Shown here piece by piece: positions 37,367 through 51,179 of a DNA stretch of 64,000 bases (positions are counted from its first letter, which is position 1; each line of letters starts with the position of its first letter). Below the pieces are notes generated by a model. The model saw only the letters and a program-made list of their open reading frames with translations, did not search any database and was not told where the DNA came from. Source of the stretch: an uncultured SAR86 cluster bacterium (GTDB lineage Bacteria > Pseudomonadota > Gammaproteobacteria > Magnimaribacterales > D2472); the NCBI GenBank assembly GCA_902610905.1, contig CACLXS010000001.1:6079-70078 (forward strand), given 5' to 3'. A program made the position numbers and the translations under genes.

Positions 37367-38722
37367 TTAATCCTTTTTCTTAGGCCAGTTTTCTTTATTG
37401 TCTTGTTTTGATCTTGCAACACCAAGCGCACCGTCTGGAACATCTTTGGTTATAACAGATCCAGCAGCAACTGTTGCATTTGATCCAACTGTAACTGGAG
37501 CAACTAGTGATGTGTTGCTTCCTATAAAGCTTTCATCACCAATAACAGTTTTGTGTTTATCGGTTCCATCATAATTACAAGTTATGGTGCCAGCTCCAAT
37601 ATTTGTTGATGTCCCAACTTCCGTGTCACCAAGATAGGTAAAATGATTGGCTTTTGAGCCATTTCCTAATGTTGTATTCTTGGTTTCTACAAAATTGCCT
37701 ACTTTGGCTGAATTTTCAATATTGCTTCCTTCTCTAAGTCTTGCATAGGGCCCTATAACACAATCATCACCTACTGTGGCAGTATCTAGGTGAGAAAATG
37801 CTTCTATCTTTGAATTATTTCCAATGGTTACGTTTTTTAAAATTGTATTAGGGCCAATATGAACGCTGTCACCCAAAGTAACATTACCCTCTAGTATAAC
37901 GTTGACATCAATTAAACAGTCTTTGCCTGCAACAACCTCTCCTCTTATATCAAGCCTCATTGGGTCAGCGACTGTAACACCTTTATTTATAAGCTCTTCT
38001 GCTTTCATTGCCCTATATATTCCTTCTAGCTGAGCCAACTCAGCCTTGCTATTTGCACCTTTAACCTCGTCGTTGGATGCATTGTATGTTTTAATTTTAA
38101 ACCCATTATTGCTTATTATGGAAACTAAATCAGTTAAATAAAATTCTCCTGCAGCATTATTGTTGTTTAGTTTAGCTAATCCTTTTTCGATAAGCTCTTT
38201 TTGCCCACAAAGAACTCCGGTGAAAATTTCTTTTATATTTTTTTCATCAGCTGACGCATCTTTTTCTTCGACTATTGCTAATGCATTGCCTGAATCGTCT
38301 TTTTTTACCCTGCCGTATCCATAAGGATCTTTTAGTACGGTGGTTAATATTGATAACCCCTCATCTGAGCTATTTATTAACTCTTCAAGGGTCTCTTTTT
38401 TTATAAGAGGGACATCGCCGTAGAGAACTAAAACTTTAGCGCCATCTTCAACCTTGGTTATTCCACACTTCACAGCATCTCCTGTTCCAATTGGTTTTGG
38501 TTGGTCTGCTGTAGAAATTTCAAGATTATATTTCTTAGATTCTTTAATAACCGAATCCTTGTCAAAGCCAACAACTAATGTAATTTTTGGACTGATTGAT
38601 CCGGCTGTTAAACATATTTTTTCAAGCATAGATGTTCCCCCAATCCTTTGGAGGGATTTTGCTTTATTTGACTTCATTCTTGAGCCCTCTCCGGCTGCAA
38701 GAACTATAGTATGAATGTTCAC
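37367..38722 (-). CDS. glmU: Bifunctional UDP-N-acetylglucosamine pyrophosphorylase / GlcN-1-P acetyltransferase
   Basis: LAAGEGSRMKS motif, C-terminal left-handed beta-helix hexapeptide repeats; 451 aa. Confidence 0.95.
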   Translation of the reverse strand: MNIHTIVLAAGEGSRMKSNKAKSLQRIGGTSMLEKICLTAGSISPKITLVVGFDKDSVIKESKKYNLEISTADQPKPIGTGDAVKCGITKVEDGAKVLVLYGDVPLIKKETLEELINSSDEGLSILTTVLKDPYGYGRVKKDDSGNALAIVEEKDASADEKNIKEIFTGVLCGQKELIEKGLAKLNNNNAAGEFYLTDLVSIISNNGFKIKTYNASNDEVKGANSKAELAQLEGIYRAMKAEELINKGVTVADPMRLDIRGEVVAGKDCLIDVNVILEGNVTLGDSVHIGPNTILKNVTIGNNSKIEAFSHLDTATVGDDCVIGPYARLREGSNIENSAKVGNFVETKNTTLGNGSKANHFTYLGDTEVGTSTNIGAGTITCNYDGTDKHKTVIGDESFIGSNTSLVAPVTVGSNATVAAGSVITKDVPDGALGVARSKQDNKENWPKKKD

Positions 38723-38747
38723 AGTTATATAAGGTTAAATATATACC

Positions 38748-39161
38748 TTACTGGTTTTTGCGTAATTTTTGAATAGTTTTTAGTCTCGCTACAGCTTCTG
38801 CTAGCTGAGCGGATGCTTTTGCATAATCAAGACTAGCATCTTTGTTTGCTAATTCTTGTTCGGCTGCCTCTTTGGCTTTAATTGCCTCAGACTCATCAAG
38901 ACTTTCAGCTCTTTCTGCTGTATCAGATAAAACTGTTACGAGATCTGGTTGTACTTCTAAAAAACCTCCTGAGCAGAAAAATGCTTCTTCTTCAGAGCCG
39001 TTTTGTACTCTTACTGGACCAGCGGCCAAACCAGTCAACAAAGGTGTGTGACCAGGAGCTATACCAAGTTCACCAAGAGTTCCGGTTGCATAAACCATAG
39101 TAGCTTCGCCCGAATATATTTCTTCGCTAGAAGAAACTATGTTGATCTTGATAGTGCTCAT
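38748..39161 (-). CDS. atpC: F0F1 ATP synthase subunit epsilon
   Basis: Position and sequence within the atp operon; 137 aa. Confidence 0.93.
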   Translation of the reverse strand: MSTIKINIVSSSEEIYSGEATMVYATGTLGELGIAPGHTPLLTGLAAGPVRVQNGSEEEAFFCSGGFLEVQPDLVTVLSDTAERAESLDESEAIKAKEAAEQELANKDASLDYAKASAQLAEAVARLKTIQKLRKNQ

Positions 39162-39162
39162 T

Positions 39163-41434
<2,272 letters not shown>

Positions 41435-41442
41435 TTTTTATC

Positions 41443-42987
41443 TTAAAAGGTTTGTGTTTTTTTAAAGTCTTCAACAAGTTCTTTGAATTGATTTTCAACA
41501 TCATCATTCCAATCACCCGTTGTATTAATTTGCTGTTCAAGCTCACCCTTCTCAGATGTTAAATATCCATGAAGAGCTTCTTCGAAATCAAGAATTTTTT
41601 CTACCTCAACATCAGCCATATAACCTCTATCAGCTGCAAACAAGCTAAGTGCTTGTTGGGCAACACTCATAGGCGCATATTGCTTTTGCTTTAAAAGTTC
41701 AGTAAACGCTTTACCGTTAGCAAGCTGTTGTTTTGTGGCATCATCAAGATCTGATGCAAATTGAGAGAATGCTGCTAGTTCACGATATTGAGCTAATGCA
41801 GTTCTAACCCCGCCTGCTAGTTTTTTCATAATTTTTGTTTGTGCAGAACCACCAACCCTTGAAACGGAAAGACCCGGGTTAATAGCTGGTCTGACACCTG
41901 CATTAAATAACTCCGTTTCTAGATATATTTGACCGTCAGTAATAGAAATCACGTTTGTTGGAACAAATGCTGATACATCTCCAGCTAAAGTTTCAATAAT
42001 TGGTAAGGCTGTTAAAGACCCTGTTTTGCCCTTAACTTTTCCACTAGTTATTTGTTCAACATAATCAGCGTTAACTCTTGCAGCTCTCTCTAAAAGTCTT
42101 GAGTGAAGATAAAATACATCACCAGGATATGCCTCTCTTCCTGGAGGCCTCTTAAGTAGAAGTGATACCTGTCTGTAAGCAACAGCTTGTTTTGATAGGT
42201 CGTCATATACGATTAAAGCGTCTTCACCTTTATCTCTAAAATACTCACCCATTGTGCAACCCGCATATGCTGAAAGGTATTGCATTGGAGCTGGGTCTGC
42301 AGCGGTAGCTGAAACCACAATTGTGTGCTCCATAGCTCCATACTCCTCAAGCTTTCTAACAACGTTAGCTACTGTTGATTGTTTTTGACCTATGGCAACA
42401 TAAATACATTTAATGCCTGTTCCTTTTTGGTTAATTATTGCATCAACAGCAACAGCAGTTTTTCCTGTTTGTCTATCTCCAATAATTAGCTCTCTTTGGC
42501 CCCTTCCGATTGGCACCATAGCATCAACAGCTTTTAAACCAATTTGAACTGGCTGGTCAACTGACTGACGAGCAATAACACCAGGAGCAACGACCTCAAC
42601 TGGCATATTTTTTTCAGCTTTTATTTCACCCTTACCATCTATTGGTGTTCCTAGAGTATTCACAACCCTTCCAAGAAGAGCCTCACCAACCGGAACTTCT
42701 AAAACTTTTCCAGTACAAACGGCTTTTTGTCCTTCAATAATTTCTAAGTAGTCTCCCAGCACAACCGCACCAACTGAATCCTGTTCAAGGTTTAAGGCCA
42801 TGCCTTTTGTTCCGTTATCAAATTCAATAACCTCACCATACATAACATCGCCCATGCCGTGTATTCTCACAATACCGTCGGAAACGCTAACAACGATTCC
42901 TTCGTTTTTTCTTTCAGCCGAAAGATCAAGACCGGCGATTTTTTCTTTTAATACGCTGGAAATTTCTGATGGATTTAATTGACTCAT
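41443..42987 (-). CDS. atpA: F0F1 ATP synthase subunit alpha
   Basis: GDRQTGKT Walker A; 514 aa. Confidence 0.97.
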   Translation of the reverse strand: MSQLNPSEISSVLKEKIAGLDLSAERKNEGIVVSVSDGIVRIHGMGDVMYGEVIEFDNGTKGMALNLEQDSVGAVVLGDYLEIIEGQKAVCTGKVLEVPVGEALLGRVVNTLGTPIDGKGEIKAEKNMPVEVVAPGVIARQSVDQPVQIGLKAVDAMVPIGRGQRELIIGDRQTGKTAVAVDAIINQKGTGIKCIYVAIGQKQSTVANVVRKLEEYGAMEHTIVVSATAADPAPMQYLSAYAGCTMGEYFRDKGEDALIVYDDLSKQAVAYRQVSLLLKRPPGREAYPGDVFYLHSRLLERAARVNADYVEQITSGKVKGKTGSLTALPIIETLAGDVSAFVPTNVISITDGQIYLETELFNAGVRPAINPGLSVSRVGGSAQTKIMKKLAGGVRTALAQYRELAAFSQFASDLDDATKQQLANGKAFTELLKQKQYAPMSVAQQALSLFAADRGYMADVEVEKILDFEEALHGYLTSEKGELEQQINTTGDWNDDVENQFKELVEDFKKTQTF

Positions 42988-42996
42988 ATTTTCACC

Positions 42997-43533
42997 TTAA
43001 AAATTTAATTGGTTTACAAGCTTATTAACCTTTCCTCTAATAGAAAGATCTAAAGTTTCGTCGCCTATCTTTATTGACAGGCCGCCCATTATGTCAGGGT
43101 CTTTTGAAAAAGAAATGTTGGCATCATTACCATAAGTAGCTTTTATTTTTTCTTCTATATGTTCTTTGGTAGAGTCGCTTGGATCAACAGCGACAAACAC
43201 CTCAACAGATTTTTGCTTTTTGTGTTGTTCAAGCAAGTCCTGATAAATAGAAAAAATATGTTTGAGAAGGTTTAATCGTTTGTTTTCAGCCAATATTGAA
43301 AGGAGTTTTTTTGACGTTTCTGAAATGCTATCATCAAACAATTTAACCAAGGTATCTACAATCTCTTGTCTGGATAATATTGGGTTCTCGATAGTATTTA
43401 TAACCCCATCTTCTAAAGAAGCCACAGCCATAGTGTTTAATTCAAGGGCCATATCCTCTAAAGTATTAGACTCAATTGCTGAAGCAAACAGTGCTTTTGC
43501 ATATGGTCTGGCTAGTGGGGTTAGTTCTATCAT
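42997..43533 (-). CDS. atpH: F0F1 ATP synthase subunit delta
   Basis: Operon position; 178-aa OSCP-like protein. Confidence 0.9.
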   Translation of the reverse strand: MIELTPLARPYAKALFASAIESNTLEDMALELNTMAVASLEDGVINTIENPILSRQEIVDTLVKLFDDSISETSKKLLSILAENKRLNLLKHIFSIYQDLLEQHKKQKSVEVFVAVDPSDSTKEHIEEKIKATYGNDANISFSKDPDIMGGLSIKIGDETLDLSIRGKVNKLVNQLNF

Positions 43534-43536
43534 TTT

Positions 43537-44007
43537 TTATAGTTCCTCGGCAGCTTTCTGTAAAATAGCTTCGTGTTTCTCTTTTGAAACCTCGTCACCA
43601 AGAATTTTTTGAGTTGTTTCAATAATAATATCTGACATTTGCTGTCTTAGTTCTTCTTTTGCTTTGTTGGTCTCGTTTTCTATATTGATTGCAGCGGCGG
43701 TCAATATTTTTTCGGCTTCAGCTTCAGCTTTTGAAGATGCATCGTTAACTATTTGAGATGCTCTGTTATTAGCTTTTTCAAGAATCTCAGCTGCGTCTGC
43801 TTTTGCTTTGTCTAATTCTTTATCAAAAGCAAGTTTTGCTTCCTCTAAAGAATCATCAGCTTTTTTTGCAGCCTCAAGACCGTCAGATATCTTTTTTTCT
43901 CTTTCTTGCATTGTTGCCAATATTGGGGGATATACATATCTCCAACATATGGCTACAAAAACTATCATTACGACCGCTTGAGCAAGTAAGGTTGCGTTTA
44001 TGTTCAT
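43537..44007 (-). CDS. atpF: F0F1 ATP synthase subunit b
   Basis: N-terminal TM plus a long charged helix; operon position. Confidence 0.9.
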   Translation of the reverse strand: MNINATLLAQAVVMIVFVAICWRYVYPPILATMQEREKKISDGLEAAKKADDSLEEAKLAFDKELDKAKADAAEILEKANNRASQIVNDASSKAEAEAEKILTAAAINIENETNKAKEELRQQMSDIIIETTQKILGDEVSKEKHEAILQKAAEEL

Positions 44008-44029
44008 ATCTAATTAACTAATTATTTTT

Positions 44030-45535
<1,506 letters not shown>

Positions 45536-45567
45536 AAGATCGTATTTTGTATAATTTGTTGCGGTGA

Positions 45568-45596
45568 ATTATAGAAATATATGGTCTTATAAACAA
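45568..45596 (-). promoter_or_regulatory. Putative sigma-70 promoter of the atp operon
   Basis: The minus strand reads TTGTTT, a 17-nt spacer, then TATAAT, about 30 nt upstream of the atpI start. Confidence 0.4.
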
Positions 45597-45630
45597 GTTG
45601 TTTTGTTCTTAAATTGAAAATTTTTTACAG

Positions 45631-46470
45631 TCAGTTTTTTAGTTTAGAAATTATAGACTCAAGCTCATCTTTGGTTTTGTAATTAATAACAACCTTGCCT
45701 GATTTTTTGTTTTTAGCCTCTATCTCAACCTTGTGGCCAAAGTTTTCAGACATTTCCTCTTCAACAATTAAAAGATCTCTATCTTTTGTTTTGGTTTGAA
45801 TTTTTTTATTAGTTTTTTTTGAGGATAACCCTGCTAAATCTTTTACTGTAAGTCTATTTTTTATAATATTATTTGCTGTTTTTTCGGCCTCTAATGGATC
45901 CATTGATGCTAGAAGTTTTGCGTGCCCTTTTTCAATTTTCCCGGAAGAAAGCATATCTAAAACCTTTGCAGGCAAAGACAGTAACCTCAAAGAGTTTGCA
46001 ATTGTGCTTCTAGCTTTACCTGTTGAGGTCGCAACCTCATCCTGGGTTAAACCAAACTCTCTTTTTAATCTGTCATAACCTCTTGCTTCTTCAACAGCGT
46101 TAAGGTCTTCTCTTTGAAGGTTTTCTATTAAAGCTGACTCTAGGGCGTCTTTGTCTTGTTTTTGATCGATTAATGTAGGAATTGTTTTAAGGCCGGCGTT
46201 TTTTGAAGCTCTCAGCCTTCTTTCTCCCGCTATAACCTCATACTTGTTTAGCCCAACCTCTCTAACAAGAATTGGTGAGAGTACTCCGTGGTTTTTTATA
46301 GAGTTTGTTAACTCTAAGAGTTTTTCTTCGTCAAAATTTATTCTTGGTTGAAATCTTCCTGGGTTAATATCTTCAACAGACAGCTCTTTGACGCTTTTTT
46401 GGTTGTTGTTAGTGTTTTGGCCCAACAGAGCGTCTAGGCCTTTATTTAAAATTTTATTTTCTTCAGACAT
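45631..46470 (-). CDS. parB: Chromosome partitioning protein ParB
   Basis: GERRLRASKNAGL ParB box and HTH; 279 aa. Confidence 0.93.
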   Translation of the reverse strand: MSEENKILNKGLDALLGQNTNNNQKSVKELSVEDINPGRFQPRINFDEEKLLELTNSIKNHGVLSPILVREVGLNKYEVIAGERRLRASKNAGLKTIPTLIDQKQDKDALESALIENLQREDLNAVEEARGYDRLKREFGLTQDEVATSTGKARSTIANSLRLLSLPAKVLDMLSSGKIEKGHAKLLASMDPLEAEKTANNIIKNRLTVKDLAGLSSKKTNKKIQTKTKDRDLLIVEEEMSENFGHKVEIEAKNKKSGKVVINYKTKDELESIISKLKN

Positions 46471-47224
46471 ATTCCACCTTTCTTATTAACTCTCCAGCAA
46501 GCGCTAGGTAAGCCTTTGCACCATAGGAGGTTGGCATATATTTAACACCAGAAACGCCATGGCTTGGGGCCTCGGCTAGCTTTATGTTTCTGGGTATAAG
46601 GGTGTTGAAAACTAAGTTTGAAAAATGTTTTTCTAGCTCATCAGACACTTCTTTGGCAAGGTTGTTTCTCATGTCTACCATTGTTCTTATTATCCCCAAA
46701 ACCCTATTAGATGTCAGGTTTTTATCGGAAAGGGTTTGTATTGTTTGCATTAGTCCAGTAACGCCTTCTAAAGAATAGTATTCACATTGAAGAGGGATGA
46801 GGGTTCCTGATGCTGCAAACAGGGCTTCTATTGTGAGCTGATTTAGTGTTGGTGGTGTGTCTATTATTGTATAGTCGAATTCATCATCTATTTTTTTTAA
46901 TTCTGTTGATAAAAAGTTTTGTTTGTTGTTTTCCCTTATTCCCACATCAAGCGCTATAAGGTTTTGGTCTCCTGGTAAGACTTTATAGTTGTCTGATGTG
47001 CTGTATATACAATCATTGATAGGCGTGTTGTTGAAAAAAAGGTCGTACAAGGTGTTTGGTTTTTCTTCTTTTATTCCTGTTGCTGTTGTGGCGTTCCCTT
47101 GTGGATCAAGGTCAATGAGCAAGACCTTTCTTTTGGTTGCGGCAAGGCTTGAGGCAAGGTTTACCGCTGTGGTTGTTTTTCCAACACCGCCCTTTTGGTT
47201 TGCTATTGCTATAACCTTATTCAC
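46463..47224 (-). CDS. parA: Chromosome partitioning ATPase ParA/Soj
   Basis: NQKGGVGKTTTAVNLA deviant Walker A; 253 aa. Confidence 0.95.
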   Translation of the reverse strand: MNKVIAIANQKGGVGKTTTAVNLASSLAATKRKVLLIDLDPQGNATTATGIKEEKPNTLYDLFFNNTPINDCIYSTSDNYKVLPGDQNLIALDVGIRENNKQNFLSTELKKIDDEFDYTIIDTPPTLNQLTIEALFAASGTLIPLQCEYYSLEGVTGLMQTIQTLSDKNLTSNRVLGIIRTMVDMRNNLAKEVSDELEKHFSNLVFNTLIPRNIKLAEAPSHGVSGVKYMPTSYGAKAYLALAGELIRKVEYV

Positions 47225-47804
47225 TTTTTCTTATCTCTAATAGGTGTCTTTCATATTTTTTGTTTTCTAGTTTGATTATTTCATACTTATATTTATTTGT
47301 GTCTATTGTTGCTAGCTCTTCTGTTATTTTTTCTTTTTTTCCTTTAAGCAATACATATTTGCCGTCGTCGTCAAGGTTGTTTAGTGTGAGCTTAAGTATG
47401 TTTGTAGTAGAAGAAAACGCTCTTGCTGTTATAAGGGTATATGAACCAAGGCCGTTTTTTTTACTAATAACTGTATTTAAAACTTTTGCGTTTTTTAATC
47501 CCAAGAGGTCAATTGTTTTGTTTAAGAAGTAGCATTTTTTTTTACTTTTTTCTAAAAGATGAATTTCGCACATCGGCTTAAGGATGGCTATAATTATTCC
47601 TGGAAAGCCCCCTCCAGAACCAAGATCCAATATTTTGTCTGAGTTGTTAATTTTTTGTAGAACGGGCAAACAATCATCTACGTCTTTTTCATAAACCTCT
47701 TTGATTGATTCTCTTACAAAAATGTTGTGTTTTTTGTTGAAAGCTAGAGCTTCATTTACAAATTGTTCTAATTTTTCTGCTTCGGCTTTGTTTTGTTCAT
47801 GCAT
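47217..47804 (-). CDS. rsmG: 16S rRNA (guanine527-N7)-methyltransferase
   Basis: LDLGSGGGFPGI motif; positioned between mnmG and parA. Confidence 0.9.
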   Translation of the reverse strand: MHEQNKAEAEKLEQFVNEALAFNKKHNIFVRESIKEVYEKDVDDCLPVLQKINNSDKILDLGSGGGFPGIIIAILKPMCEIHLLEKSKKKCYFLNKTIDLLGLKNAKVLNTVISKKNGLGSYTLITARAFSSTTNILKLTLNNLDDDGKYVLLKGKKEKITEELATIDTNKYKYEIIKLENKKYERHLLEIRKSE

Positions 47805-49644
47805 TGAGTTTTTCCAACTCTTGTTTTTTTATGTTTATCAGGATCAGGTTTATGGCGGCTGGTGTTACTCCTTCTATTTGTGAAGCTGATCCAATTGTTT
47901 CTGGTTGAGATTTTGTTAGTTTTTCTACCACCTCATTCGAAAGTCCTGATATTTCTTTGTAATTTATTGATGGGGGTATTTTTTTGTTGTTTTGTTTTTT
48001 GTTTTTGTTTATTTCTCTGGTCTGTTTTTCTATATAGCCTTTATACTTTATTTCTGTTGAGGCTCTTTTAAAAAAAGCCTCTTCCTCTGTGCTTAGTTTA
48101 ATAAGGCTGTTTTCATCAACGTCTGGTCTTGCCAAGATTGAAGAAATGCTTCTTTTTTCATCAAGAGAAACGGTTTGTTGTTTTTTGTTTGTAAAGGATG
48201 ATATTTTTATTTTGTTTAGTCTGGTTTTAACAAACTCCGTGTATTGTTTTTCTTTATTTATAAAGGTTGTGTTTCTTTCTTCTGAAATAATACCAAGCTC
48301 AAAAGCTTTACTTAAAAGCCTTTGTTCTGCGTTATTTTGTGAGAGTAAAAGCCTGTGTTCTGCCCTGCTTGTAAACATTCTATAGGGCTCTGTTATTCCG
48401 TGTGTGGTTAGGTCGTCTATTAAGACTCCTATATACGCCTCCTCTCTTTGGAGAACAAAGTCAGGTTTTTTTTGAATAGCCTGAGCTGCATTTAGGCCAG
48501 CAACTAGTCCTTGGGCGGCTGCTTCTTCGTACCCGGTTGTTCCATTAATTTGTCCCGCTAAATAAAAATCATTAAAGTATTTGGTTTCGAGTGTTTTTTT
48601 ATTTGTTCTAGGATCAACAAAGTCATATTCAACAGCGTACCCAAATTCTGTAATTTCACAACACTCCATGCCTTTTATTGTGTGGATAAAATCTTCTTGG
48701 GCTTTTTTAGGAAGGCTTGTTGATATTCCGTTTGGGTATACGAGGTCAACCCCAATACCCTCGGGTTCAATAAAAATTTGATGGCTGTCTTTGTGACCAA
48801 ATTTGAATACTTTATCTTCTATGGATGGGCAATACCTAGGGCCAATTCCTGAAATGTTTCCAGAATACATTGCAGAAAGATGGGTGTTGTCAGATATTAT
48901 TTGGTGTGTTGTTTTGTTGGTTCTTGTTATAAAGCATGATAATTGTTCTTGGTGTTTTTTAACCTCGTCTGTTAATGACATGAATGGGGTAGGTGTTTCG
49001 CCTGGTTGCTCCTCCATAACAGACAAGTCTAAAGTAGACATTTTCACTCTTGCCGGGGTTCCTGTTTTAAGTCGTCCCATTGGAAGCTTTAACTCGTATA
49101 GTTTTTTGGATAGAGGTATAGCAGAATCATCCCCCACTCTTCCACCAGAAGAAACTTCTGACCCTGTGTACATTAAACCGTTCAAAAATGTGCCAGTAGT
49201 AAGAATTGTCTTCTTACCATAAATTTTTTTGTTTTTTGTTATAACCCCTTTTACTGACTCTTGTTCAACAATTAGGTCTTCAACCTCTTCTTCAAAAATA
49301 TTAATACTGGTTGAATTTAATATCTTTTGAATAGCTTTTTTATAAAGATCTCTATCACATTGGACTCTTAGAGCTTGAACGGCATCTCCTTTTCTTGTGT
49401 TCAAAGTTCTGTATTGAATGCCGGACATATCTGTTGCAATCGGCATAATACCGCCCATTGCATCAATCTCTCTAACTATGTGTGATTTTCCAAGCCCTCC
49501 TATAGCTGGATTGCATGACATCTGACCAATTTTACTTTTTTCAAAAGTTACAAGTGCGCAAGAGAGACCGCTTCTGTATACCGCGTATGCAGCCTCTACT
49601 CCAGCATGACCGCCCCCAACAACTACTACATCAAACTTATCCAT
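47797..49644 (-). CDS. mnmG: tRNA uridine 5-carboxymethylaminomethyl modification enzyme MnmG (GidA)
   Basis: VVVGGGHAGVEAA FAD motif; 615 aa. Confidence 0.96.
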   Translation of the reverse strand: MDKFDVVVVGGGHAGVEAAYAVYRSGLSCALVTFEKSKIGQMSCNPAIGGLGKSHIVREIDAMGGIMPIATDMSGIQYRTLNTRKGDAVQALRVQCDRDLYKKAIQKILNSTSINIFEEEVEDLIVEQESVKGVITKNKKIYGKKTILTTGTFLNGLMYTGSEVSSGGRVGDDSAIPLSKKLYELKLPMGRLKTGTPARVKMSTLDLSVMEEQPGETPTPFMSLTDEVKKHQEQLSCFITRTNKTTHQIISDNTHLSAMYSGNISGIGPRYCPSIEDKVFKFGHKDSHQIFIEPEGIGVDLVYPNGISTSLPKKAQEDFIHTIKGMECCEITEFGYAVEYDFVDPRTNKKTLETKYFNDFYLAGQINGTTGYEEAAAQGLVAGLNAAQAIQKKPDFVLQREEAYIGVLIDDLTTHGITEPYRMFTSRAEHRLLLSQNNAEQRLLSKAFELGIISEERNTTFINKEKQYTEFVKTRLNKIKISSFTNKKQQTVSLDEKRSISSILARPDVDENSLIKLSTEEEAFFKRASTEIKYKGYIEKQTREINKNKKQNNKKIPPSINYKEISGLSNEVVEKLTKSQPETIGSASQIEGVTPAAINLILINIKKQELEKLNA

Positions 49645-49718
49645 ATAATAATAAAACCAATAATATCTATATTATATACTTACTGTTAATTCTATTAGTA
49701 CCTAAAGAATTTGTTAAT

Positions 49719-49737
49719 AAGCGCCTTTTACGCGCTT
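49719..49737 (-). terminator. Short GC hairpin between mnmE and mnmG (weak terminator candidate)
   Basis: AAGCGC, loop CTTTTAC, GCGCTT. No clear U-tract on the minus strand. Confidence 0.25.
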
Positions 49738-49811
49738 GTTAAAGCAAAAACACGATTTAACAAACTATGTTTAACTCTGTTAAAAAACTAGAGATACCTC
49801 TCTCAACAACC

Positions 49812-49820
49812 TGTGAATAA
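49812..49820 (-). promoter_or_regulatory. DnaA-box-like 9-mer (TTATTCACA on the minus strand)
   Basis: TGTGAATAA fits TGTGNATAA. Single occurrence in the 213-bp mnmE-mnmG spacer. Confidence 0.3.
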
Positions 49821-49857
49821 AAAAAGAGTTAAAAAACATTAACAACTTAATAACAAC

Positions 49858-51174
49858 TTATTTGCCAATACAAAAAGAGCTAAAAATATCGCCGAGCAAA
49901 GAGTCTGACATTTTAACACCTATTATTTCGTTTAAATCATCCCTGGCCAGTCTTAAATCTTCTGCTATAAGCTCAAGCCCGCCACCCTCACCAAGTTTTA
50001 AAAGCGCATTTTCAAGATGATTAATAGATGATTGAAAAAGACCAATATGCCTATCCCTTACTAAATACATATAGTCCCCAGAAATATCTGACTTAAACGC
50101 TTCAGAAATAAGCCTCTTAAGGCTGTCAAAACCCTCACCGGTTTTAGCTGATACCATGCAGTCAAAAACACCCCTCTCTACAACATGACCCAAGTCTGTT
50201 TTGTTATAAACTTTTAAATATTTTTTTTCTTTAGACAACTCAGAGAACCCATCTAATATAGATTCTTCATCAGAGTCAAAAACACCAATTACCAGGTCAA
50301 CATTATTTAAATGCTCTAATGCAAACCGCATTCCTTTTGACTCAACAATATCATCTGTCTCTCTTAAACCAGCTGTATCAGATATAGAAAAAGAGGTCTC
50401 ATTATAAAAAATTTCAGACTCAACAAGGTCTCTTGTTGTGCCAGGTTTTTCAGAAACAAGAGCTCTCTCAAAACCAAGCAACCTATTAAACACAGAAGAT
50501 TTACCCGAGTTTACAGGACCCACAAACATAACCTTGTTTTTTGCAGAGTGATTTTTTTTATTCAAACAACCCCCAACAAAAAGCTTAAAGTTTTCAACAA
50601 GAAGGGATAACTCATTGGGAAGAGATGAATCAAAAAAGCCTTCCCCTTCATCAGAAAAATCAATTTCACCCTCAACCCTAACGCGAAGGTCGTTTATAAC
50701 ACCCGAGAAACCCAAAACTTTTTCTGTAAAATCACCTGAAAGGGTGTTTGATGATAGAACCACCCCATCCTGATCATGACTATCAATTAAATCAACAACA
50801 GCCTCTGCTTCTGCAAGACTAATCTTGTTATTTAGAAAGGCCCTTTTGGTAAACTCACCCGGGGGAGCCTCATCAAAACCCAAAGACTTAAAAACATCAA
50901 CCAGCATAGCCATAACACCCAACCCGCCATGGGCATACACCTCAAAAGAATCCTCCCCCGTATAACTATCAGGACCCCCAAAAGAAACAATGCCAACTCG
51001 GTCAACAACATCACCAGACTTGTTTTTAACAGGCCTTAAATAAAACTTTTTATTTTTCTCTAAGGGAGAGCCAACAAGCTCAGGAATTTTTGATAGGCAA
51101 CCAGGACCAGACACCCTAAAGATGCATATTGCCGACTTTGCAGGGGGCGTGGCTAGCGCAAAAACCACAGACAC
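49858..51174 (-). CDS. mnmE: tRNA modification GTPase MnmE (TrmE)
   Basis: GPVNSGKSS G1 motif and C-terminal FCIGK; 438 aa. Confidence 0.95.
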   Translation of the reverse strand: MSVVFALATPPAKSAICIFRVSGPGCLSKIPELVGSPLEKNKKFYLRPVKNKSGDVVDRVGIVSFGGPDSYTGEDSFEVYAHGGLGVMAMLVDVFKSLGFDEAPPGEFTKRAFLNNKISLAEAEAVVDLIDSHDQDGVVLSSNTLSGDFTEKVLGFSGVINDLRVRVEGEIDFSDEGEGFFDSSLPNELSLLVENFKLFVGGCLNKKNHSAKNKVMFVGPVNSGKSSVFNRLLGFERALVSEKPGTTRDLVESEIFYNETSFSISDTAGLRETDDIVESKGMRFALEHLNNVDLVIGVFDSDEESILDGFSELSKEKKYLKVYNKTDLGHVVERGVFDCMVSAKTGEGFDSLKRLISEAFKSDISGDYMYLVRDRHIGLFQSSINHLENALLKLGEGGGLELIAEDLRLARDDLNEIIGVKMSDSLLGDIFSSFCIGK

Positions 51175-51179
51175 TAAAA

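Noticed and set aside
48803-49222. 139-aa +-strand ORF, together with similar long antisense ORFs at 62828-63298, 43262-43612, 24688-24999, 7531-7887, 54034-54375 and 28827-29165.
   Set aside because: Each lies entirely antisense to a confidently identified conserved gene (mnmG, trkH, atpH/F, the secreted protein, dctM, dnaA, Pif1). They have low-complexity or odd composition and no motifs, so they are shadow ORFs.
49645-49857. The mnmG-mnmE spacer considered as an E. coli-type oriC, because oriC lies next to gidA/mnmG in enterics.
   Set aside because: It has only one DnaA-box-like 9-mer, no GATC sites and no 13-mer AT-rich repeats. Both flanking genes are on the same strand, so there is no strand switch here.
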